From an uncultured virus (IMG/VR IMGVR_UViG_3300020200_000019) (Duplodnaviria; Heunggongvirae; Uroviricota; Caudoviricetes), in IMG/VR virus record IMGVR_UViG_3300020200_000019: a stretch of 64,000 bases of DNA; one strand, written 5' to 3'. The notes below the pieces were generated by a model that was not told the origin of the DNA, did no database searches, and saw only the letters and a program-made list of their open reading frames with translations. The position numbers and the translations under genes are program-made. How positions within the stretch are numbered: the first letter of the stretch is position 1; every line of letters begins with the position of its first letter. This document shows positions 16,741-25,700 of this stretch, in pieces.

Positions 16741-17451
16741 GTGGCCGTGCCGGTGCTCCAGTCCGCTCCTCGCCCCAAGCGTCGATCTCCCGCAGGCGCT
16801 CCGACCAGCGATCTCGTGCTTTCGGCACACGTCGGGCCGACGGACGACCTCTTCCCGAAGATCCTCGCCCTCTACGCCCGGCCTGGAGCCTCCGTGCTCG
16901 ACACCACCTACGGTCGGGGGGTGTTCTGGCGCAACGTGCCGAAAGATCTTTACAACCTGAAGATCTCCGACGCCGCCTGGGGCGTGGATGCGCGAAAGCT
17001 CCCATGGCCTTCGGCATCCTTCGACCTCCTGGTCTTCGACCCTCCCTACATGCACGGTTCGGGCGGGACGGCGCATGTGGGTCATCAGCAATTCGAGGTC
17101 CGTTACCGGAACAACGCGCGGGTGGTGGACGGACACGACAGTGTGCTCGCACTCTACCTGGCTGCCGCGAAGGAGGCGGGGCGGGTGTTGAAGCGCCACG
17201 GGGTATGGGTGGTGAAGTGCCAGGACGAGGTGTGCGCTAACGTGCAGCGCCTCACCCACATCGAGATCGTCAACCACCTGTCCGATGTTTGGGTGTGTGA
17301 AGATCTGTTCGTCCTGGTTCGACAGGGGCGGCCGGGGGTGAGTCGCCAGCTTCGGCAGATCCACTCACGAAAGAGCCACAGCTACCTCCTCTGCATGAGG
17401 AAGCGAGAGGTGGGTCGGGTGTGGACCGGCCCGAAGCCCGCGCACACATGA
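16741..17451 (+). CDS. Second amino-DNA methyltransferase (true start probably GTG 16747)
   Basis: LDTTYGRGVFW SAM-binding motif followed by VFDPPY, KCQD. Confidence 0.82.
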   Translation: MAVPVLQSAPRPKRRSPAGAPTSDLVLSAHVGPTDDLFPKILALYARPGASVLDTTYGRGVFWRNVPKDLYNLKISDAAWGVDARKLPWPSASFDLLVFDPPYMHGSGGTAHVGHQQFEVRYRNNARVVDGHDSVLALYLAAAKEAGRVLKRHGVWVVKCQDEVCANVQRLTHIEIVNHLSDVWVCEDLFVLVRQGRPGVSRQLRQIHSRKSHSYLLCMRKREVGRVWTGPKPAHT

Positions 17452-17455
17452 TCGG
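17440..17455. promoter_or_regulatory. 16-bp palindromic motif copy, upstream of parB
   Basis: GCGCACACATGATCGG; exact reverse complement occurs at 62316-62331. Confidence 0.65.
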
Positions 17456-17461
17456 AGCCAG

Positions 17462-18256
17462 ATGACCGACGCGAAGCCCGAACTGAAGTATCTCCCCATC
17501 GATCTCCTGGTGCCGAACGACTGGAATCCAAACCAGGAGTCAGAGGCGACCTTCCTCCGACTGGTCGAGGAGATCAAGGACGTGGGCTTCATCGACCCCT
17601 GCGAGGTGGTGCCCCTCGACGACGGGCGCTACGTGATCATCGGCGGAGAGCACCGCTGGCGTGCCGCCAAGGAGGTGGGGCTGGAGGAGATCCCGTGCGT
17701 CATCCTGGTCGGGAAGAAGTGGACCGACGAAGATCTCCAGCGGCTCGTTACCGTTCGTCTGAACGTCCTTCGGGGACGCCTGAACCCGGACAAGTTCATC
17801 GCCCTCTACAACGAGATGGCCGAGAAGTACGGTCAGGACGCGCTCCAGTCCCTCTTTGCCTACACGGACAGCAAGGCTTTCCAGAAGCTCGTGGAAGGGG
17901 TGAAGAAGGGGATGAAGAAGGCGCTCCCCAAGGAGATGCAGAAGGACTTCGACGAGGCTGCCAAGGAAGCGAAGACCGTGGATGATCTCGCCAAGATCAT
18001 CCAGGAGATGTTCTCCCGCTACGGGAACACGGTGCCGCTTTCCTTCATGGTCTTCTCCTTCGGGAAGCAAGATCACGTCTACGTGCAGATCAACGCCAAG
18101 ACCCGCAAGGCCCTGAACAAGGTGCTGGCCTACTGCAAGGCCACCCAGACCGACCTTAACGACTTCCTGGCTCCGGTCATCGCCGAGGCCGCCAAGCGAG
18201 CGACTGCCGCCTTGGCCGAAGATCCGGTGAAGGCTGTTGAGCCGGTTTCGGGGTAG
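17462..18256 (+). CDS. parB: ParB/Srx N-terminal domain protein with a possible C-terminal ribbon-helix-helix
   Basis: LVPNDWNPN, EIKDVGFIDP, IIGGEHRWRAA; C-terminal HVYVQINAKTRKAL...DLNDFL. Confidence 0.8.
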   Translation: MTDAKPELKYLPIDLLVPNDWNPNQESEATFLRLVEEIKDVGFIDPCEVVPLDDGRYVIIGGEHRWRAAKEVGLEEIPCVILVGKKWTDEDLQRLVTVRLNVLRGRLNPDKFIALYNEMAEKYGQDALQSLFAYTDSKAFQKLVEGVKKGMKKALPKEMQKDFDEAAKEAKTVDDLAKIIQEMFSRYGNTVPLSFMVFSFGKQDHVYVQINAKTRKALNKVLAYCKATQTDLNDFLAPVIAEAAKRATAALAEDPVKAVEPVSG

Positions 18257-18265
18257 TGCTAGGGT
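18237..18265 (+). promoter_or_regulatory. Sigma70-type promoter
   Basis: TTGAGC-17 nt-TAGGGT with TGC extension. Confidence 0.55.
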
Positions 18266-18282
18266 GGTCCTGGAGGATCGAG

Positions 18283-19020
18283 ATGGCCGACAACCTGCGT
18301 GATACCCTTCGTGCTCTCCGTGGTGCTCTGGTCGAGGCGGAGAAGGTTCCGCCCGTGCCGGGCGGGGAGGCGTCCGAAGAAGATCTCCTTCTCGCCGCGA
18401 ACTCCTGGCGGAGCTTCATCCGCCAGGGGGACAACTTCCTCGACGTGGTGCAGGACGTGACCGAGGCCGCCTATATGGCGGTGGGGGGTCAGTCGGATAT
18501 CGAGCGCCGTCGCGCGGTGGTGGACGTGAGCCGCGCGCTTCACGTCGCCAAGACCACGATGATGCGCGCCTACGGAGACTTCGCCGAAGGCCGGGAAGCC
18601 TTCTACCGCTGCGCGAAGGCGTGGAGCCTTTCGACGAAGCGTTCGTCCTACAAGGGGAAGCCGAAGACGCTGGCCGACCTGAAGCCGGTCACGGTGGTCG
18701 AGGAGATGAAACAGGGGGCGCAGAAGCTCTCTGCCGCGCTCGGGAAGGCACTCGACAAGGGGGCGAAGGCCCAGACGATGCTCCGCGAGAAGGCGAAGGG
18801 GAGCGCGGTGGATCCGGCGGAGATCGTGAACGTGAGCCTCGACTTCCGGGACGCGGTGTCGGAGGGGTGTTTCGCGCGCGTGAACGGCGTGCTGCGCCGA
18901 GCCGCCGAGCTTTCCTCGCGCGCGTGGGAGGCGATGAAGTACGAGTCCAAGGACGCCCAGGTGGTGTGGAAGGCCCCGTGGGCGAACGATCCCGAGATCG
19001 GCGACACGGAGGAGATCTAG
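18283..19020 (+). CDS. Hypothetical helical protein, candidate internal head protein
   Basis: SD ggagg; N-terminal leader ending ALVE-A. Confidence 0.7.
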   Translation: MADNLRDTLRALRGALVEAEKVPPVPGGEASEEDLLLAANSWRSFIRQGDNFLDVVQDVTEAAYMAVGGQSDIERRRAVVDVSRALHVAKTTMMRAYGDFAEGREAFYRCAKAWSLSTKRSSYKGKPKTLADLKPVTVVEEMKQGAQKLSAALGKALDKGAKAQTMLREKAKGSAVDPAEIVNVSLDFRDAVSEGCFARVNGVLRRAAELSSRAWEAMKYESKDAQVVWKAPWANDPEIGDTEEI

Positions 19021-19028
19021 GCGGTTCC

Positions 19029-19057
19029 TTGACAATTCGGGTATAACCTGCTAGGTT
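19029..19057 (+). promoter_or_regulatory. Sigma70-type promoter
   Basis: TTGACA-17 nt-TAGGTT with TGC extension. Confidence 0.75.
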
Positions 19058-19084
19058 ATACCCGAAGGCAGAAGACGACCTCCA

Positions 19085-22000
19085 ATGGAACATGCGATCT
19101 GGAAACTGCCTCCCGGGGCGGTGCTCGTGCTCGAAGCGAAGGACGAGTACCCCATCGGGACGGTGCGCAAGTACCAGGGCAAGTACCCCCATCTCTACGT
19201 GAAGGTGGGCGGGAAGAAGCCGTGGGTCTACTACGCCACGATCGGGACCGCCAAGGCTGACGCGGCGGTCAAGGCGGGTGGGGTCATTGTCAAGGACGGG
19301 AAGGCCGTCACCCCCGCCACCTCGGACAACCTGGCCCTCCACAAGGTCGCCCACCCCTTCCACGGCTCGAAGGTCGCGCCGCCCGAGGCGGGCTACGAGC
19401 TTCCGTCGGGTGTGAAGGTCGGTGGCGAGGTCCCGAAGGAGAAGAAGAAGAAGGCCCAGGAGCCTGCCCCGTCCGAACCGCCGTTGCCTTCCCCTTCGCC
19501 TCCTGCCTCGGGGGAGGTTCCCCTCCCCTACGGACCGACGGCGGTCGCGCCGCCGGATTCTCCGTCCGAACCGCCGGTCAAGCCCTCGTTCGCGCCGAAG
19601 ACGCCGCCAAGGTGGAAGGCGTTCCTGAAAAGTGCGGTGGTTGCTGATCTCGTGGCCGTGGCGGACAAGCTGGTTGCGTATCCGCATCCAGCCTTCGCCG
19701 CCGCGTTGAAGGGGTCGGACGTGTCCCCCTTCACGCTAGAAGGGAAGCTGCTCGCTCTGTTCTACCCGAACAGCCACAAGGACACGGTGGTCAACCACCT
19801 TGTCGGTCTGGGCATGACGAAGGGGAAAGCCGAAATTATCGTCGCGGACGTGCTCAGCGGTGCGTCCGAGCACGGTCTCCTCAAGGTCACCTCGTCGGGA
19901 TCGGTTTTCTTCAAGCCGCTCGGTCCCGCCATCGCTCCGGCCGCACCCCTGTCCGTTTCCGCGTCCGCCCCACCTTCCGGTCCGCCCGAAGCGGCGGTTC
20001 AGGACCCCTCCGCGCTCTCCCCGGAGACCGTGCCGGAGCCGCCCTCCCAGAAGGTCGCCGATCTCGTGGCGTTCCTGAAAAGCGTGGGCTTCGACAATCC
20101 CGAGAAGCAGAAGCGCGCCATGTCCTCGCCCACGTTCGTCAAGCACATGGTCCAGACCTTCGGCAAGGACTGGCTGAGCCTTTACCTCCACCAGGGCTAC
20201 AGCGTCTCCTTGGACCACAGCATCGACGCCGCGCCCGCCGTTATCGATCCGTTGGCGGCGGCGGATGCTCCGACGAGCGTGCTCGCTCCGCCTCTCCCGG
20301 CCGATGCTCCTGTTCCGACTCCCGCCCCCAGCACCCTTCCCACCACGACGGTTTACGATGGGAAGGACTACGCGGAGATCGGGGACGTGTTGGCGATGCT
20401 CCCCTCGTTGGCGCTTGAATCGTTCGCATCGCTCAAATCCTGGGCCGAGAAGAACCCCAACACCGTTCAAGTGATCCAAGACGCCTGGGGCAAGGACTGG
20501 TTCTACACCCTCATGCTCGCCTACTCGCTGAAGACCGACAAGGAGATATTCGGTTCGTGGGAGAAGGCCCTGGTCGGCGCGGGCGTTCCGCACAGCCCCG
20601 TCCCCTTCTTCGCCGCGTCGGGGAAGGCACTGGCCATTGCCGCCGCCTTGAAGGCGTATGAGGCCGAGCATGCCCATATCGCCCAGACCATCAGCACGAA
20701 CAAGGGGAAGAACCAGGCGGAGAAGGAGAAGCAGAAGAAGATCGACGATGCCCTCGCCAGCTTGGGTGATCTCAAGCAGGTAGCGAGTGACAGGTCTGGT
20801 ATGGGAGCGTCGTACTACGACGCGAAGTACGGGGTGATGGGAGAACTGGCTCATCAGATCCTCCAGGCCGTGGAGTCGCCTTACGGACCCAAGCACATCC
20901 TTGACGTGGCGCAGGAGAAGCCGGTGGTGGGGAAGGAGATGGCCGGGATGCTCGGCCCAGACTGGCCCGATTTTGCCATCGCGCTCACCAAGGCGTTCGA
21001 GAAGGCAGGGGTGTTTCCCAAGATCAAGAAGAAGAAGGACATTTCGCTCGGAGCCTCCCCCGTTTCCCCTGTTCCGCCCCTCTCCCCTGTACCTGACTTT
21101 CCGCCGGTCGCTCCGCCGGAGCATGTTGCCTTGGTGAACAAGGTCAACACCGCGATTCAGGGAGGTTTCGATACCTCCCCAGGTTCCGTCTTCGACGACC
21201 AGATGGTCGATCTCTACGGCCCCGGCTGGGCTGCCAAGTACAACCAGGCTGACCATGTGGTCGGAGGACCGAAGACGCTCGGGGTGATCTCCGACCACCC
21301 CCCGGTGACCGAGTTGACCGCCGACGTGGACGCGGCCCGCGCTGCCTTGGGGAGCACTCCGCTCGGAAGTCAGGTGCAGGCGAAGATCGACGCGCTTTCC
21401 GCTAAGCACGGATCGAACTGGGCCAAGAAGTACCAGAAGGCCAACTTGGCCTTCGGGTCCGCCTTTCCGCTCCCGGCTCCCGTGTCTCCCGAGGAGGAGC
21501 AGGAGAAACTGGTTCAGGCGGTCCAGGCGGTCCTCTCCACGCACGCACCGCTCACGTTCGGCCAGTTGTTGAAGGGCCATACGTCCGGGATCGCCTCCGC
21601 GTTCGGGAAGGATTGGGAGCAGAAGTACCTGGAAGCCAGGTACGACGACCTCCTAGCCGCCGTCCAGGCCGCGCTCAAGCTGTCTTCTTTCCCCGACGAA
21701 GCCGCGCTGGTCGATCCGGCGAAGCTCCCAGAGAATGTTCGGGCCGCGCTCGCTTCGGACTACGGCCCCTACTGGAAGGGGCACTACCACAAGGCCCAGA
21801 CCCAGGCGCTCCTCAAGGCGGTGGACAAGGCTCTTGAGAACTCCAGCCTCCCCCTCGACAAGCTGAAGGGGGCCTTCGCCGACGAGATGAAGGCCAAGTA
21901 CGGGGTCCAGTGGAAGGCCAAGTACAAGAAGGCCAAGTACGTCGAAGCCCCGGTTGCCCCGTCTTCTCCGACTCCGACGCCTTCGGTCGGTGCGCCTCCC

Positions 22001-24664
22001 ATCGCGGCGGCTCCGGCGGTCGCGGTTTCGGTTCCGCACACGGGAACCCTGCCGCCGCCGAACGTGCCGGAACTCTCCGCGATGACCTACGGCGGTCCCG
22101 CCAAGCTGGGCGGGGCGGGCGAGAAGCATTTCTACAACGATCCGGCGACCGGGAAGCAATACCTCCTCAAGCTCGCCTACGAGAAGGATGCCACGAAAAA
22201 AGCCAAGCCTTTTGCTGCCATCGCGCAGGAGGTTTTCGCCACGGTATCCCAGGCGGTTAAGCCAGATCGCACCGTTCCGATCCGTCACTTCATCCGTACC
22301 CAGAACGGGAAGCAGGAGCACGTCACCCTCCAGCCGATGATCCCCAAGAAGGGGACTCTTCAGGGGGTGTCCCCGGCGAAGCTCTCCATGGCCGAGAAGC
22401 AGGATGTGGCGAGTGAACACATCCTGGATTGGCTCATGGGCCAGCATGACTCTCATGCGGACAACCTCCTTCGCCTTCACGAAGGCGGGGTGTTGGGGGT
22501 GGACAAGGAGCAGGCGTTCCGCTTCATGGTCTCGGATGTGGTGGCGGGGACCGACCAGGAGCGGCTTTCGCTCGACTACAAGCCGAACCCGGAGACGCCC
22601 TACTACAACTCCTTCTGGAGCGCCTTCTCCGACGGGAAGTTCGACTTCGACCCCAAGGCGATGCTGCCGACCCTGGAGGCTATCGAAGCTCTCTCCGACC
22701 AAGCCTATGTCGAACAGCTTCGGCGGTACGCGGACGACTTTTTCAAGAACTCCCCCAACCTGAAGGACGTGTTCCTGAAACGTGCCTTCGCCCGGAAGAA
22801 GAACCTCCGCGCCGACTTTGAGACCTTCCTGACCATGCTTCATCGGAAGCGACTTGTTCACCCCAAAGGGACCTACACCTTTGCTGCCGGGTGGGACCCG
22901 ACCGGAGCGATCCCGATCACGCCCTACGTCGCCGTCTCGCTGCCGAGCGGTGGGGAGCCGGTCGCCCCGGTGGAGGCGGCGTCCCCGCCGAAGAAGAAGA
23001 TAGTGAAGTATTCGGCGGCCGACTACGCGCTGGCGGCAGGAGTGATGCACAAGGTCTACCTGCCGACGCAGGGGCCAGATCAGGGGAAGGGCGACCCCAC
23101 GAAGTACGTGGTGCGGATCTCCAAGGGGACGAACGAAGCGAAGCTCTCCAATTTCCTGAAGGAGATGGGGCTCTCGCTCCACCCGGAGCATCCCGCTATC
23201 ATCTACGGGCAGAGCTACACCCTGGTCGTCGTCAAGAAGGCGGACTGGGACGCAGCCTTCGTCGAGAAGGAGGAAATTCAGCCGATCATCGTGGACGCGG
23301 CAGATGTGGCGGCAGGCGTCGATGTGACGGAGCCGGGGCTCGCCAACATCAACTCGGACGAGCTTTACCACATCGAGGACATGAAACTCGGTCACGTCGG
23401 GAAGAACTTTTCTGCCGGGAGCCCCTTGGTCGAGGGCCACGTCCTCAAGGGGCGGCGCATCCTGGAAGCGAACGGCGAGGTGGCCTACCTGTTCCAGTTC
23501 AAGTTGCGCGGCCACCGCCGAGGCTCTGGGTCGAACATCTACTACTTCGACGACACCGACGTTCCTCCGGGGCAGTCCGCTTATCTCCCCATGCCGCGTT
23601 ACAACTACGTGATCGGCACGGACGCGATGAAGGAGAAGGCCGCCTCACCGATCTCCACTCTCTCGGGAGAGAAGTGGACGGCGGGCAATTCGGAGATCTT
23701 CTTCCAGCGCAAGCGGAAGCCCTTCACCTATATGGGAACGGTCGTTGCCAAGGTCCGCCCCAAGCCCGGCCAGTCGGTTCGGGACGCCTTCGCCGAGGCG
23801 CTCGAAGCGATGAAGCCGGGTCTGTCGAAGGAGGTGCTCCGCAACCCGACCCCGGAGGAGCAGGAGGTGGTCAAGCTGGCCCGCCTCCTCTGGGCGGTCG
23901 CCCCCCAGGTGTCCGACAGTCTGAAGAAGGCGGAGTACACGGTCGAGAAGCTGCGCGCCGAGCTAGCGAAGGTCGGCTACAGCCCGGAGAAGATCGACAA
24001 GGTGGAGCTTCGGGTCACGACGGATGGGCACGTTTCCCACGTCCTTCCCGGCCGTTGGAAGGAGATGGGCGCGCGCTTCGTCTACAACGGCATCAAGGCG
24101 GACGATCAGGTTCCTTCCATCTTGCGCTCTGGGGTTCTTGCTATCTCCGAACGGGTCTGCCTCGGGGTCGTTCCTAACGGGATCTCCATCAGCGAGGACA
24201 CCAACAACGGTGCGGGGGATCAGGCGCTCTGTCGGGTGGCGACCAACCACTCCAACAGTTTCCACTGGTCGTGGCCGGTTCAAGCCATCGTTGCGCCGAC
24301 GGAACTCGACCGGCTCGACTGCTACATGTACTCCGGCGACTCCTACGGGTGCTCCGACCCGGACGACGGGCCGCATGGTTCCGCGTGGCGGTCTCGGCAG
24401 CCTGTTTCGGCGGTCATCCCGCACGCCGGGGACGGCAACGAGATCATGTTCCGCAAGGGCATCGACTCCTCGCGCATCCTCCGCCTGGTCGTGCAAAGCG
24501 AACAACATCGGAAGTCCCTGATTCAGAAGCTCATCAACGAAGGCTTCGTCGAGGCGAACGGAGTGCCGATCTCGGATTTCGTCGTCGTCGCCTCGAACAT
24601 CTCGACTGCCGCAGCGAAGCTTCAGAAGGTGCTCGCCCAAGCCACCAGCAAGGGGTCGCTGTGA
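19085..24664 (+). CDS. 1859-aa multidomain (polyvalent-type) protein: Pro-rich linkers, helical GxxW repeats, HipA/PI3K-like kinase domain, C-terminal ADP-ribosyltransferase-like domain
   Basis: Kinase motifs LGGAGEK, YLLK, QE, DWLMGQHDSHADN, VDKEQAF; C-terminal YNG...ILRSGVLA.SER...NEIMFRKGI. Confidence 0.75.
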   Translation: MEHAIWKLPPGAVLVLEAKDEYPIGTVRKYQGKYPHLYVKVGGKKPWVYYATIGTAKADAAVKAGGVIVKDGKAVTPATSDNLALHKVAHPFHGSKVAPPEAGYELPSGVKVGGEVPKEKKKKAQEPAPSEPPLPSPSPPASGEVPLPYGPTAVAPPDSPSEPPVKPSFAPKTPPRWKAFLKSAVVADLVAVADKLVAYPHPAFAAALKGSDVSPFTLEGKLLALFYPNSHKDTVVNHLVGLGMTKGKAEIIVADVLSGASEHGLLKVTSSGSVFFKPLGPAIAPAAPLSVSASAPPSGPPEAAVQDPSALSPETVPEPPSQKVADLVAFLKSVGFDNPEKQKRAMSSPTFVKHMVQTFGKDWLSLYLHQGYSVSLDHSIDAAPAVIDPLAAADAPTSVLAPPLPADAPVPTPAPSTLPTTTVYDGKDYAEIGDVLAMLPSLALESFASLKSWAEKNPNTVQVIQDAWGKDWFYTLMLAYSLKTDKEIFGSWEKALVGAGVPHSPVPFFAASGKALAIAAALKAYEAEHAHIAQTISTNKGKNQAEKEKQKKIDDALASLGDLKQVASDRSGMGASYYDAKYGVMGELAHQILQAVESPYGPKHILDVAQEKPVVGKEMAGMLGPDWPDFAIALTKAFEKAGVFPKIKKKKDISLGASPVSPVPPLSPVPDFPPVAPPEHVALVNKVNTAIQGGFDTSPGSVFDDQMVDLYGPGWAAKYNQADHVVGGPKTLGVISDHPPVTELTADVDAARAALGSTPLGSQVQAKIDALSAKHGSNWAKKYQKANLAFGSAFPLPAPVSPEEEQEKLVQAVQAVLSTHAPLTFGQLLKGHTSGIASAFGKDWEQKYLEARYDDLLAAVQAALKLSSFPDEAALVDPAKLPENVRAALASDYGPYWKGHYHKAQTQALLKAVDKALENSSLPLDKLKGAFADEMKAKYGVQWKAKYKKAKYVEAPVAPSSPTPTPSVGAPPIAAAPAVAVSVPHTGTLPPPNVPELSAMTYGGPAKLGGAGEKHFYNDPATGKQYLLKLAYEKDATKKAKPFAAIAQEVFATVSQAVKPDRTVPIRHFIRTQNGKQEHVTLQPMIPKKGTLQGVSPAKLSMAEKQDVASEHILDWLMGQHDSHADNLLRLHEGGVLGVDKEQAFRFMVSDVVAGTDQERLSLDYKPNPETPYYNSFWSAFSDGKFDFDPKAMLPTLEAIEALSDQAYVEQLRRYADDFFKNSPNLKDVFLKRAFARKKNLRADFETFLTMLHRKRLVHPKGTYTFAAGWDPTGAIPITPYVAVSLPSGGEPVAPVEAASPPKKKIVKYSAADYALAAGVMHKVYLPTQGPDQGKGDPTKYVVRISKGTNEAKLSNFLKEMGLSLHPEHPAIIYGQSYTLVVVKKADWDAAFVEKEEIQPIIVDAADVAAGVDVTEPGLANINSDELYHIEDMKLGHVGKNFSAGSPLVEGHVLKGRRILEANGEVAYLFQFKLRGHRRGSGSNIYYFDDTDVPPGQSAYLPMPRYNYVIGTDAMKEKAASPISTLSGEKWTAGNSEIFFQRKRKPFTYMGTVVAKVRPKPGQSVRDAFAEALEAMKPGLSKEVLRNPTPEEQEVVKLARLLWAVAPQVSDSLKKAEYTVEKLRAELAKVGYSPEKIDKVELRVTTDGHVSHVLPGRWKEMGARFVYNGIKADDQVPSILRSGVLAISERVCLGVVPNGISISEDTNNGAGDQALCRVATNHSNSFHWSWPVQAIVAPTELDRLDCYMYSGDSYGCSDPDDGPHGSAWRSRQPVSAVIPHAGDGNEIMFRKGIDSSRILRLVVQSEQHRKSLIQKLINEGFVEANGVPISDFVVVASNISTAAAKLQKVLAQATSKGSL

Positions 24665-25080
24665 TGTCGTTCAACTTCGATCAGGTTTACAAGCTCACCT
24701 ACCTCATCAACGGCAAAGAGGACCGGGCCGTCGTGGCGATGGGGGTTCGAGAAGCTTCTGCTCCCCTTCCTGGGGGAAAGGTCGGGCTACGTTTGGCCTA
24801 TGTGGTCAATTCCTGGACCCACCCGCTTCGGAAGGCGGTGGGATACGTGGAGCAGCAGGACGGGCAGGCCATCTACTTTCGTCAGACAGACTCTCCCCCG
24901 GAGGTGATCTCCGTCCTCCTCTTCGAGCCGCTTACGACGCAAAACTGGCCCTCGCTGGCGCAGGATGTGGCGGGGCGAGAGGAGATCCCGACCGACTCCG
25001 ACGACGCCCTTTGCCAGTTCTTCTTCCACGCCTTCGTCCCCGCCGACATCTGGGACGACCTCCCTCCCCAAGAAGATTAG
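24664..25080 (+). CDS. Small protein translationally coupled to the giant gene
   Basis: TGATG overlap; 138 aa with an acidic C-terminus. Confidence 0.7.
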   Translation: MSFNFDQVYKLTYLINGKEDRAVVAMGVREASAPLPGGKVGLRLAYVVNSWTHPLRKAVGYVEQQDGQAIYFRQTDSPPEVISVLLFEPLTTQNWPSLAQDVAGREEIPTDSDDALCQFFFHAFVPADIWDDLPPQED

Positions 25081-25090
25081 TCTGTTTCGC

Positions 25091-25119
25091 TTGACAATCA
25101 CCGATCCACTTACTATCTT
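25091..25119 (+). promoter_or_regulatory. Sigma70-type promoter
   Basis: TTGACA-17 nt-TATCTT. Confidence 0.75.
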
Positions 25120-25166
25120 TATCCCAACCTCAACGCGATCTCGGAGATCGTAGGAGTAGGACAACC

Positions 25167-25694
25167 ATGAGCGATACTACCGCAACCCCCGAAGCACCGA
25201 AGGCGAAGCCGTTCAGCCTCCGGCCCCCGAAGGTGGTGGTCGTCGGGGCGACCCCGAAGGCAGAGGAGCCGAAGGCAGAGGAGCCGAAGGCGGCGAAGGC
25301 TCCGGCCAAGCCCAAGGCCCCCAAGCCCGCGAAGGAGGTCAAGTCGGCCAAGGAACTGCCGCCCCTTGACCCCCGGCCGCCGAAGATCTCCTCGGGCCAG
25401 GGAGGGCCGACGATCTCCCTCGAAATCGGTGACCTCAACTCGAAGGAGCGCAAGGTGCTCGACGCCTTCGCCCTGCCGACCGAAGGCTCGACGCGCGAGG
25501 CCAAGTCCATCCAGGATCTCGCCAAGGTCTTCGCCAAGCAGGCCGGGTCAAAGACCCGCGCGAACTCCTGGACCCGCAACAGCCTGCGCCGCCTCGTGCG
25601 GGGCGGGCTGGTTGATAAGGCGGCGCGTGGCAACTTTCGCCTCTCCGCCAAGGCGGTCCGGCGGCTGGTCCAGGTGGCTGGCCCGGCGGCGTAG
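25167..25694 (+). CDS. Lys/Pro/Ala-rich protein with a C-terminal winged-HTH-like domain
   Basis: PKAEEPKAEEPKA repeat; LNSKERKVL...TRNSLRRLVRGGLVDK..RGNFRL. Confidence 0.72.
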   Translation: MSDTTATPEAPKAKPFSLRPPKVVVVGATPKAEEPKAEEPKAAKAPAKPKAPKPAKEVKSAKELPPLDPRPPKISSGQGGPTISLEIGDLNSKERKVLDAFALPTEGSTREAKSIQDLAKVFAKQAGSKTRANSWTRNSLRRLVRGGLVDKAARGNFRLSAKAVRRLVQVAGPAA

Positions 25695-25700
25695 TCCCCG

